A stretch of DNA of 64,000 nucleotides, from sequence record NC_005083.2; one strand, written 5' to 3'. Both the position numbers and the translations under genes were made by a program. Each line of letters opens with the position of its first letter. The stretch's first letter is position 1. Below the pieces are notes generated by a model. The model was given only the letters and a program-made list of their open reading frames with translations, did not search any database and had not been told where the DNA came from. Positions 53,689 to 63,100 of this stretch are shown piece after piece.

Positions 53689-54207
53689 TTACCTCAGATA
53701 AGTGAAGCTATTTGAATTGCGTTCATGAACTAACAATTCACCGCGAAGCTTAACCCAATGTTCAATTGTCTTTAGATCGTGCGAGTCTCGACGACCGATG
53801 TGCCAATCATGAATGATTTCAGCCGATAACGGTTGATATAATTCATCACCGCGACGATATGTAGGCATCCATTTAGGCTTGAATTCATCTTCAATATCAA
53901 TTTCGACCTTAATCGCATCAACTGGATCGACTAGAACTACGCCAACACGTTCTAAATGCTCGTGAGAATCAACGTCAACGCATTCAGCGTCTTTAGCATC
54001 TGATTCATCGACTAAATCACAACGAGTCTCAGAATCAATTACAGCGCATTCTAGCGGTACTTCGGTTTGAGCTACGATTTCATGAGCGATAAGCTCTTCG
54101 ATCATTTTGCTCTTTGTAAGGGATTTGTCAAGCTCGATGTCATAATGTTTCAACGCGAATTCAGCGACCCCTCTCTTAGTCTGTTTCTTTAGATATTCAG
54201 TAATCAT
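53689..54207 (-). CDS. Inh paralog
   Basis: AEFALKHYDIELDKSLTKSKM and TIEHWVKLRGELLVHERNSNSFTYLR align by eye with 48284-48775; start re-assigned to MITEYLK (AAGGA RBS). Confidence 0.75.
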   Translation of the reverse strand: MITEYLKKQTKRGVAEFALKHYDIELDKSLTKSKMIEELIAHEIVAQTEVPLECAVIDSETRCDLVDESDAKDAECVDVDSHEHLERVGVVLVDPVDAIKVEIDIEDEFKPKWMPTYRRGDELYQPLSAEIIHDWHIGRRDSHDLKTIEHWVKLRGELLVHERNSNSFTYLR

Positions 54208-54215
54208 ATTATTCC

Positions 54216-54422
54216 TTAGCACGTAATAGTGACCCATTCGTTTTGGTTCAAATCAAAGAATGTCAGAGTATCGACACAACGTTCATTCTTCCTCATTTCT
54301 TCGCGATTCGTTTCAAGAACAGGCAAATAATGCTTGCACAATGTGCCGTGATATTTGCGCCCGTCGCGTTCTAATTTAAGACATCCTTGTGTCATACAGG
54401 ACATCATTTCTTCTCGTGTCAT
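54216..54422 (-). CDS. Small protein resembling the WYL_2/Sm-like SH3 barrel (DUF2693-type)
   Basis: MTREEM...GTL...LP...FFDLNQNEW pattern. Confidence 0.55.
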   Translation of the reverse strand: MTREEMMSCMTQGCLKLERDGRKYHGTLCKHYLPVLETNREEMRKNERCVDTLTFFDLNQNEWVTITC

Positions 54423-54435
54423 GATTTTAGACCTC

Positions 54436-54443
54436 TATAAATA
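54436..54443 (+). promoter_or_regulatory. Late promoter (uvsW)
   Basis: TATAAATA. Confidence 0.85.
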
Positions 54444-54485
54444 CAGTTATACATATTTAGACAAAACTCGCATAGAGAGAAAAAC

Positions 54486-56009
54486 ATGACAGATATTAAA
54501 ATTGAGTACTTCGATGAGAGTTATGCGAGAGTCGTAGCCGAGCCAAGCATTACTCATGAAATGATTGATTACTTTTCATTTCTAACTGACGGGTACAAAT
54601 TCAACCCTAAATTTAAAATGGGCATATGGGATGGCAAGATTCGACTAATGACGTATCAAGGTCTATTGCCATACGGTCTAGTCGGTCAAGCTAAAGCGTT
54701 TGCATCAAACATGATGTACACGATTGAAACTGATCCACTACTTGATCCGATTGAGAAAATTTCTCGTGAAGATTTTGAAGCATGGGTTTCTTCTCTTGAT
54801 ATTTACGGTGGCAGCAATAAAATTAGCCCGTACTGGTATCAAATGGATTCAGTATTTCACGGTATTAACAATCAGCACAGCCTTTTGAATCTACCAACAT
54901 CGGCGGGTAAATCGCTGATTCAGTCACTTTTGACACGTTGGTTTTTAGAAAATCACGAAGCTCAGAAAGTGTTGATTATCGTCCCAACGACTGCACTAGT
55001 TCAGCAAATGCGTGACGACTTTTTAGACTATCGCTTGTTTGAACACGGTGACATATATCAAATTCGAGGTGGCGTAGATAGAGACGCAATCGGCGACTGC
55101 CGTATTGTTGTTTCAACATGGCAATCGGCTGTTAAGCAAGATAAAGCATGGTTCGATCAGTTCGGTATGCTTCTAGTCGATGAATGTCACTTAGCAACGG
55201 GTAAGTCGCTTGACGGCATCATCAAAAAAATGACCAGTTGTGAATACAAAATAGGTCTTACTGGTTCACTTAGAGACGGTAAAGCTAATATTCTACAGTA
55301 CGTGGGTTCATTTGGTGATATTTTCAGACCTGTATCGACTGCACAGTTAATGGAAGAAGGGCAAGTAACTGATCTGAAGATCAATTGCTTGATGCTTGAA
55401 TATCCTCAGCCACTACGTGATGAAATGAAAGGCAGTTCATATCAAGAAGAAATGAAATTCATTCTTGAGAACAAACAGCGAAATCGTTACCTGATTAAGC
55501 TTGCTCATCATCTGAGTGCTAAGAAAGGCGAGAACACGCTATTGCTGTTCAAGAACATCAAACATGGTAAATTGCTCTACGAAGCATTGAAGAAAGTCTA
55601 CGATCCTGAGAAAGTGTTCTACGTATCAGGTGAAACTAAGACTGACGACCGTACACATGTTAAGAAAATTGCAGAAGATATTGACGGGGCAGTTATTGTC
55701 GCATCATACGGTGTATTCTCGACTGGTATCAGTATCAAGAAACTACACAACGTAATTTTCGCACACCCGACAAAGAGTAAGATCATCAACTTACAGTCGA
55801 TTGGTCGTATTCTACGTAAGCACGGTTCGAAAGTTACTGCGAAGCTGTTTGACATTATCGACAACTTGGCGATCAAGCCGAAACGAGCTAACGCTAAGAA
55901 GCCGTATACGCATGTCAATTATACTATGAAGCATGGGATGCAGCGCATTGAGCTTTACAACCAAGAAGAGTTCAAGTACGCAGTCAAGAAAGTCGACCTT
56001 GCTGCATAA
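54486..56009 (+). CDS. uvsW: UvsW SF2 helicase
   Basis: LPTSAGKS, VDECH, GLTGS, STGISIKKLH, QSIGRILR. Confidence 0.97.
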   Translation: MTDIKIEYFDESYARVVAEPSITHEMIDYFSFLTDGYKFNPKFKMGIWDGKIRLMTYQGLLPYGLVGQAKAFASNMMYTIETDPLLDPIEKISREDFEAWVSSLDIYGGSNKISPYWYQMDSVFHGINNQHSLLNLPTSAGKSLIQSLLTRWFLENHEAQKVLIIVPTTALVQQMRDDFLDYRLFEHGDIYQIRGGVDRDAIGDCRIVVSTWQSAVKQDKAWFDQFGMLLVDECHLATGKSLDGIIKKMTSCEYKIGLTGSLRDGKANILQYVGSFGDIFRPVSTAQLMEEGQVTDLKINCLMLEYPQPLRDEMKGSSYQEEMKFILENKQRNRYLIKLAHHLSAKKGENTLLLFKNIKHGKLLYEALKKVYDPEKVFYVSGETKTDDRTHVKKIAEDIDGAVIVASYGVFSTGISIKKLHNVIFAHPTKSKIINLQSIGRILRKHGSKVTAKLFDIIDNLAIKPKRANAKKPYTHVNYTMKHGMQRIELYNQEEFKYAVKKVDLAA

Positions 56010-56017
56010 TAGATACG

Positions 56018-56047
56018 AAAAAGGGAGCAATTTGCTCCCTTTTTTAT
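56018..56047. terminator. Bidirectional terminator
   Basis: AAAAGGGAGCAA-T-TTGCTCCCTTTTTT. Confidence 0.8.
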
Positions 56048-56161
56048 TAGTCAGAAAAGATTGCCGAGAGAATCGCACCGATTAACTCGAACAGAAATTC
56101 AAATGGCGCCCAGAGCCAGTCGAAAAACCCACGATCTCGTTTACGATCTCTTCCCATACCT

Positions 56162-56332
56162 TTACCCGTTTAGAAGTTGTGTTTCGACAAGTTGCTGATC
56201 GCCGCCAGATTCAGAAATAGCCATTTCTGCTAGATGTTGCTGACATTGACCTGCGTGAACTGTGCCTTGTGGCGTATCAATCGTGACATCGCCTTCTTTG
56301 ATAGGTTGCTTGCATACAACACAATGTGCCAT
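56162..56332 (-). CDS. uvsY.-2: UvsY.-2-like small zinc-finger protein
   Basis: MAHCVVCKQPI...HAGQCQQHLAEMAISES; start re-assigned to 56332. Confidence 0.8.
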   Translation of the reverse strand: MAHCVVCKQPIKEGDVTIDTPQGTVHAGQCQQHLAEMAISESGGDQQLVETQLLNG

Positions 56333-56505
56333 TAGTCTAACCCCGATTTTGTAAGTGATTGGTAGAGTGCGAAGTCGTTGACTTGCAATGAGCCATTCAA
56401 TTCCCACCCGTCGTTTAGTAGCTCTTGCACCTCTTCTTCGAATTCATCTGCGAACTCGTGACGCCGAGATACTACTTTGTATTTATGTCTAAGCCAGTTC
56501 TGCAT
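56332..56505 (-). CDS. 57-aa protein, DUF1737-like (MQNWLRHKYKVVSRRHEFADEFEEEVQELLNDGWELNGSLQVNDFALYQSLTKSGLD)
   Basis: Manual translation; YKVV...V..LL.DGW.L.G...YQ pattern; fills the gap with a TAATG overlap. Confidence 0.75.
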   Translation of the reverse strand: MQNWLRHKYKVVSRRHEFADEFEEEVQELLNDGWELNGSLQVNDFALYQSLTKSGLD

Positions 56506-56506
56506 A

Positions 56507-56920
56507 CTACATACCTATTGCTAGTTTGAATAGAGCAGACGCTTTACCACCATCGAAAACTTTACCTGTAGCCTTTAGAGCGCCCATTAGTTTGCCCATA
56601 TCACGCATAGAATCTGCACCAGTTTCTAGCACGAAGTTAGAAACAAACGTGTCTAGCTCTGAATCGGATATTTTTGCTGGTAGTAAAGACTCAAGAACAG
56701 CGTTTTCCGCGTTCAGGATGTCAACATGGTCGCCTTGTGCATGTTCAAGTGCCAGATTGTTGTTGTCGATTGCGCTTGAGATCACTTTGATGCAAGACTC
56801 ATCATCGTGTTTTTGACGACGGTCAAGTTCACCCATAATGACACCCAAGACAGACGCAACTGCGTTGTTGCGGTCTTTACGAGCTTGTAGGCGTGTTGCT
56901 TTGATTGTTTCGATGATCAT
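56507..56920 (-). CDS. GatB/YqeY-domain protein
   Basis: ARKDRN...LGVIMGEL...ENAVLESLLPAKIS...MRDMGKLMGALK...DGGKASAL. Confidence 0.9.
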   Translation of the reverse strand: MIIETIKATRLQARKDRNNAVASVLGVIMGELDRRQKHDDESCIKVISSAIDNNNLALEHAQGDHVDILNAENAVLESLLPAKISDSELDTFVSNFVLETGADSMRDMGKLMGALKATGKVFDGGKASALFKLAIGM

Positions 56921-57330
56921 ACTATACCACTCTCAATTTTTCTATTATCAATAATGTGTTTAATTGTGAAGCCCATTTGGCTAATGCCTTTCAAAGCTTC
57001 TTCGATGAAAGATAACACATCTTTCATATGTTGAAAACGTGCAATCGCTAATTGAAGAGCTTCATCACCAGCGAGTGCGTATTTCATTTCACTTTTTTCA
57101 ACGATAAAATCACAAACTTCATCGTCATGCTTGCCGCTATAAAAGAGCCAGCGGTCTTTTCTCACTGCTTCCATTTTCATTTCAGCTTTAATAAGAAGCT
57201 GTCTTGCATCGGCTCTATATGCAAGCCACTTTGCATGAAGTACTGGGATTCGAATGGCTGCTGTTTCTAGTGCAGTCGTATCGATCTTAACGTCTTCATG
57301 GTATTCTGCTTTTAAATCTTGTAACTTCAT
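56917..57330 (-). CDS. uvsY: UvsY recombination mediator
   Basis: LHAKWLAY, RWLFYSGK, GFTIKHIIDNRKIESG; start at 57330 with GAGG RBS. Confidence 0.93.
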   Translation of the reverse strand: MKLQDLKAEYHEDVKIDTTALETAAIRIPVLHAKWLAYRADARQLLIKAEMKMEAVRKDRWLFYSGKHDDEVCDFIVEKSEMKYALAGDEALQLAIARFQHMKDVLSFIEEALKGISQMGFTIKHIIDNRKIESGIV

Positions 57331-57350
57331 ATAATACCCTCGCTTCATCA

Positions 57351-57379
57351 AGTATACATATCAAACGGGTTTTTGTAAA
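57351..57379 (-). promoter_or_regulatory. Promoter of uvsY, downstream of iteron cassette C
   Basis: (TG)TTTACA-17 bp-TATACT. Confidence 0.75.
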
Positions 57380-57390
57380 CACGAATCTCA

Positions 57391-57481
57391 CTAATATTAC
57401 TAACTTCACTAAAACTACTAATTCTACTAAGATGAGACGGAATTTTTCCGCCTCTTACCTTTTGCTTCGCGTATAAAAAAA
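57391..57481 (-). repeat. Intergenic cassette copy C: GCGAAGC, hairpin and five TTAG units at 9-bp period
   Basis: CTAA at 57391, 57400, 57409, 57418 and 57427; hairpin identical to copy B. Confidence 0.85.
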
Positions 57482-57497
57482 GCCCCGAAGGGCTTTC
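57475..57497 (-). terminator. Terminator after gene 35
   Basis: AGCCC-TTCG-GGGCT followed by a T tract on the minus strand. Confidence 0.85.
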
Positions 57498-60182
57498 TTA
57501 TTGCATTGCGTAATCAATCGCAGTGATTGTGTCTTCATAGAAACAAGCAACTTTGACTTCAGACACGATAGGCAAAGCCCACATTGTCTGACTTTCAGTT
57601 ACAGATCCCTCATCACGATAGCGCAAGAACATCTTGGCGTGGTCTGATTTCCATCTGTAGAAACTAACTGCGTTCGTTGTGTATGAACCAACGCCTTTTG
57701 CTGTTAAGCTACTTGGATCATCTTCAGGGTTGTAAACGCCGAAGTAGTTTTCATATTTGTCTTGGAACGCTTGATGTTGAGCATCTGTCCACGTATGCGG
57801 TAGAATGAATGCTTGCATCAGAATCCATTTTCCGTTAGCGGCAGGGAAGTTATCAACACGATCAATCGTTGCAAATGTTGAAGCATCTGTTCCATCGGCT
57901 AATTTCAATGTGCTAAACGCATCAGCGCCATCTTTGACTCGACAACTAAAATGTAAATAACCCGCGTCTTTATCAATTGAGTTTACCCACAATGACAAGA
58001 AGTATGGTCTTGTCGGGTCAATATTGATTTCAGACATTTCAATCATTGATTGTGTGCCTGTAGAGCGTGTGAAACACTTCTCGCCATTCGAAAGAACATA
58101 ATTCCCCCAATGAACGTTATCTGTTTCTCTGACTGGCATATTGACATTCTCGTATAGATTCGAGTTCGAGTTGTATGCATTAAACCAGCTTGTGTCATTC
58201 ACTACGTTGCCTGATATTGGTGAATTTACAATATCTTGAGCAGCTAGACCATTTATATTCGAAATCAAATGAGGTGTTCCGCTAGGAACTGCAAACCCGC
58301 CTTTGTAAACGAGTGCATAATCGAAGTACTCTTGGTCAAGATCTGACCAAACGCCAAATGTAACTGCACCTGCTGGGACTTGAACAAAAAACTCTTGAGT
58401 TTCGAATAATTCCGCTGACCCGAAGAAAATATTCTGCCTTGCAACTTCAGTATTCACCGCATTGTACATTCTCAAGTTACACGACTTCGTACCGCCACCG
58501 ATAGCAGTAGTTCTATCAATACACGCTCTTACTTTGTAGATCAGGTATTGACCTTCAACAACACCGAAGTCAGATAGATTGTATCGAGTATCAACGGGTA
58601 CCGTATCACGTGCTAGAAGCGCGTTTCCGAATCCTGCTGAACCGATTCCGTCTTTGTCTTCGAATGCAGTATCAACAATGCTGTCGCCGTCTGACGGGTG
58701 GTCGAATATACATCGATCATATACAATACCTAAATCAGCACGACCGAACGCCGCATAACTGTAGCTGTATTGGCTGAAGTACGAACTTCCTCTATACTCG
58801 ACGGGATTGTATTGATTAATTGCAGCATCAACCGCCGCATCGCCGTACATCGAACCGTTAGAGACGATGATGAAGATTTCATTCGTCAGGTTATTCAATG
58901 CATTGACGAAGTTTCCGCGTTCAGTTGAACTACTCAAAAGATACTTACTGCTTGTTTTCACTGTCAAATCATCATTCATAATCAGAAGACGAATTTGATA
59001 TGCTTGTTTAGTTTCGGGCGTGAAAAGCCTAACATCATTCAAATAGCATGATGCTAGATTCGAACTACCGTTTGCAACACCCGTAGCAACTAGACGATAA
59101 TTGTTATTCGAGAATTCGCGAATGTGTCTAGCCGCAAGTTCATATTCACCGACTCGTGATCCTACAGGCGCATATATCCACAATTCAGTTACATTAACTG
59201 TTTGTCCGGGACCTGGCGTAGAGCCGCCTGACGCAGCTTGCGCACCGATTGCATAATACCAGTTTGAGTGATTCACTGACCCATCAGCAAGTGAGTTTGA
59301 GCCTGTGTTGTACTCAATACCACCCCAATACTGAACGTCAGATTGGATTGAAATCGCTTCATAGCCACGAACCCCACCAGTACGAGCATCATAATCCCCT
59401 GTGTAGTTTTTAATCAACGGAGCATCAGAAATCATGAAGTTAGTCAACCAACGTTTTCCAGTTGGTAGTTTAGCAACATCTGACGTATACCCACAATACC
59501 AGTACATATTACTTGTTGACAGAGTACTAGGCGTCGTGAAACGAGCATAATGACGCTTCCATAAAATTCCATCAACTATACGTTCATTGCCTGCTGACTC
59601 AAACACATCACCCGGGATGTGACCTAGTGTATATGGGTTTGATGCACCGTCATACCAGCGAGAATGAAACAGAGCTGCGGTATCATGATCAGTATCGACT
59701 TCATATCCAACCCAGCATGACATTGTGTATGTTCGATTCGGAAGAAGTCGAGTTTGTGGAACTGAAAACACAATTTGATCGTTGACCGCCGCAGTCGGCT
59801 GCTCGACAACGTATTTTGATGACCCTGGGTTTTCTTTTTCAACAACGACCCATGAGCCTGTTTTTGTCGTTTGTTCAGTAACAAATTGACCTCCAGCCAA
59901 GTTACCGTTTGTCAGATACTGACCTACGCCTTTCGCTGCGAAGTTGTTACTTTGTTTCCAAATATTCGTAATGCCGACTTCAGGGTAATGCAGCTTGAAT
60001 TGGAATTTACCGTCCTCACGACGAAATTCTTCAAGTGAGTTTAACGCACTGAATTTGGCTTCAATGTCGGGATCCGTCCCGACACTTCTAGCCTCAGCAT
60101 CGGAGGTGAAAAATACACCTCCTGTAGAATCATGGCGAAAGATTAGTAACCAATCGCCTTCACGTTTAAGTCTTTCGTACAT
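57498..60182 (-). CDS. 35: gp35 long tail fibre hinge, enlarged with extra N-terminal domains
   Basis: Directly downstream of gp34; 894 aa; central ILEI-like segment typical of gp35. Confidence 0.8.
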   Translation of the reverse strand: MYERLKREGDWLLIFRHDSTGGVFFTSDAEARSVGTDPDIEAKFSALNSLEEFRREDGKFQFKLHYPEVGITNIWKQSNNFAAKGVGQYLTNGNLAGGQFVTEQTTKTGSWVVVEKENPGSSKYVVEQPTAAVNDQIVFSVPQTRLLPNRTYTMSCWVGYEVDTDHDTAALFHSRWYDGASNPYTLGHIPGDVFESAGNERIVDGILWKRHYARFTTPSTLSTSNMYWYCGYTSDVAKLPTGKRWLTNFMISDAPLIKNYTGDYDARTGGVRGYEAISIQSDVQYWGGIEYNTGSNSLADGSVNHSNWYYAIGAQAASGGSTPGPGQTVNVTELWIYAPVGSRVGEYELAARHIREFSNNNYRLVATGVANGSSNLASCYLNDVRLFTPETKQAYQIRLLIMNDDLTVKTSSKYLLSSSTERGNFVNALNNLTNEIFIIVSNGSMYGDAAVDAAINQYNPVEYRGSSYFSQYSYSYAAFGRADLGIVYDRCIFDHPSDGDSIVDTAFEDKDGIGSAGFGNALLARDTVPVDTRYNLSDFGVVEGQYLIYKVRACIDRTTAIGGGTKSCNLRMYNAVNTEVARQNIFFGSAELFETQEFFVQVPAGAVTFGVWSDLDQEYFDYALVYKGGFAVPSGTPHLISNINGLAAQDIVNSPISGNVVNDTSWFNAYNSNSNLYENVNMPVRETDNVHWGNYVLSNGEKCFTRSTGTQSMIEMSEINIDPTRPYFLSLWVNSIDKDAGYLHFSCRVKDGADAFSTLKLADGTDASTFATIDRVDNFPAANGKWILMQAFILPHTWTDAQHQAFQDKYENYFGVYNPEDDPSSLTAKGVGSYTTNAVSFYRWKSDHAKMFLRYRDEGSVTESQTMWALPIVSEVKVACFYEDTITAIDYAMQ

Positions 60183-60190
60183 AAGTCACC

Positions 60191-63100
60191 TTAAATTGCG
60201 TGACCGAATGTGAACTCCAGCACGCCTTGATTGTTTGTTGACATTCTTACAGAGCCAACTTGAATGTAGTCTCTGTATTTAACGTTGTCACCAGTACCGC
60301 CATCTGGCGTGAACAAGTCAATTCGCTCAGATAGAGTCTTACCTGCACCAGCCGATAGAGCTTGGTGTGGGTCTGAAGCATTCACTGGGTCTGCTGTACG
60401 TACATCACTTGTTACTTGAACAATACCTGGGTTCGTACGACTTGACTTGATTAGTCGGTCGTTCGAGATCGTACCGCTCGTGATGTTCTCACCTGAGTGA
60501 TTGTGACTATTGTCGTTAACTTGCACGTTTGTAGAAACGTTTCCGCTTCCGTCAATTGTGAAGTTACCAGTCAAGTCGCCAGTGAACGTCACTGTACGCG
60601 CTGTAACCCACTTCTCAGCCGCTTTTGCTACGTTATTGATACCCAAGTACTTCTGACGAAGTGTACCTGCTGCTGGGCTTGAATAAGTCCCGTATGTTGC
60701 ATCAACGTTTGCGCTTGATTCGTTTTCAGTAACTGTGCTACCGAAAGTCGCACCACTTGCTTGTGTAGTATAACCAGACGAATTAACTTGCCAGCGAACA
60801 AAATCAGCCGCGCCTTGAATCGAGAACGTAGCAGTTGATGAAGCACCGCTTCCCCCGACGCGAATGCGGGGAGCAGAATCAAACCAATCTAGCTTAACAA
60901 TATCACCAGTCGGTGCATTCTGTACTTGAAGCCAGCCACCTGCATTAATTTCGACGTTTTTAGCATTGAACGTATAAGTTCCGTTGATCGTTTGATTAAT
61001 ATCACGACGAGCAAACTGAGTACTGTCTAAACCATCTAGCAATTCTGAGTCATCAGCCTTTGCATTCAATGGCAAGTAGTTGCGCAATGCATAATTCAAG
61101 CTGTACGGCGTAACTGCATACGGTGTACGCAAGTAAGCTGTATATGCTTGAGTTGAACCGTCAGTGCTGTTACCAACGAATGTTTCTGCTGGCGTAGCTA
61201 GACGAACAACACCGAAGCGTGTTTCATCAGAACGTGAATTCGTAGAAGTACGAGTCCAACGAAGCAAGTCTTTTGGCGATACGTAAACTGGTGTGTTATC
61301 AACGCCACCGATTGTCGCAGTGTCAATTTCAGCATTTGTTGCACGACGTGCAAGACCGTATTGTGTTTCAGTGGCACGACGGCGATCAAGTGTCAATGGT
61401 GTGACAATTTTATCGGCTGCTGCTGCTGTGCCGTCCCAAGACGTACCGTTCCACGTTTGCTGAACTTTAGCTTCTGTTTCAGTCGCTGTTTCTAGGGTAC
61501 CGCGTTGCGTTGTTGTTGCCAGTGCGATTTCTAGATTGATGCCGTTCCAAATGTCACCTGTATGTGAGATACCCGATACGCCGTAACCCGCGCCTTGAGC
61601 AACGCCATCACTAGTAAAGTGATCGTATGCAAGCCATGTTGCAACTTTCAGAGGCGTAACTATACGTGTATCATCAGTCCCTGCGTCAACTTCGACTTGA
61701 GTTGCAATCTCAGCAACACCGCGACGAGATTCAGTCGCTGTACGACTGTTTAATGTCTCAGGTGTAACGAAAACAGTTGTCCACGCTTCACCTGTCCCGC
61801 TGATTGCGTTTGTTTCAGCTTGAGTTGCTGAACGTGCAATACCGCGAATTGTTGAGCTTGCTTTCCACGCTGCTAATTTCTTAGGCGTGATGATTGCATC
61901 ATCAACTGTTGAGTCGTTTACACGAAGCTCAGTGCTCTTAGCAACCCATAGAGTACCCGGTTGGTTCTCAGTAGCTCGATATTCATCAAGCATTTTCGGA
62001 GTTACAATGCGAAGATGATCAGTTTTGTCATATACAGTATCAACAACACCGTTAACTGTTCTGTCAGAACGCATATTTGCAGTGGAAGCTACTGTGCCAT
62101 TAGCGTTAATGTTGTTTGACGCCTTGACAAGTTCTGCAACGCCTGTTAAATTCTCTTCCGCTTGCGCAGCATGAAACTTCTTAGGCGTGATCACTTGCAC
62201 ATCGTTAGTTGTGCTACGTGTTTCAGTCTGTGTCGCAATTTCAACAACACCGCGACGTGTTTCAGTTGCTGTACGAGCGTTCAAGCTTCTCGGCGTGATC
62301 ATGATGTCATGACGGAATGCACTATCTGGGTAGCGAACTAACGCGCCAGAACGTGATTCTTCAAGTGCTTCATCAACACCAAGAGTCGCGATACGAGCCA
62401 TACCGACTTGATCTTCGGCTGCACGACGTGCATCTAAAGTTTCAACGGTAATTACGTGATCTTTCAACGGACTCTGATCAGCCCATGGTTTTGCAACATC
62501 TTCTGGATGTGCATATTCAATGCCGTGAGCTAGAGCCTCAGTTGGGTCAGCTAGTGGCACGATACCCGGACGTTTTCGGTGAAGTTCATCTGCAATGTCG
62601 ATACGAGTTGCAATGTTACCGAATGACCATACTTTACGAGTTCCGTCATAGTACAGTACGAATGAGTAACCGCTGTCATAGTCGCTAATATCGAACGATT
62701 CTACGAAGAATGGAACGAAATCGACGTAATGACGATATTTTTGATAACGGTAAGTCTCGAAGTCCAAGAATACTTTGTATTCATCTGGGCCGTGACCTGG
62801 GTCATCATCACCAAAATTCGGGTGAACTTGAACTGTTACAGGTTTGTGCGCAGTCTTGTTGTGTGAAATCTCGATCCAGTCACCATCAACTGGTTTTTCT
62901 GGTAGCGTGATTGTCATTGCACTAACTGCATCAGCGATTTCAATCGCGTAACGAGTACGTGGTTTTAGCGTAACTGCACTTGATTCACCCACATAGTTCC
63001 ACAAATGCGGGTTGTTCGCAATAGTGATAACCCAAACGCCAGTGCCGTTGTCATCAATAAACGTGATGTCAGCTCCACCTATTGTGTCTAAGCTGATTAC

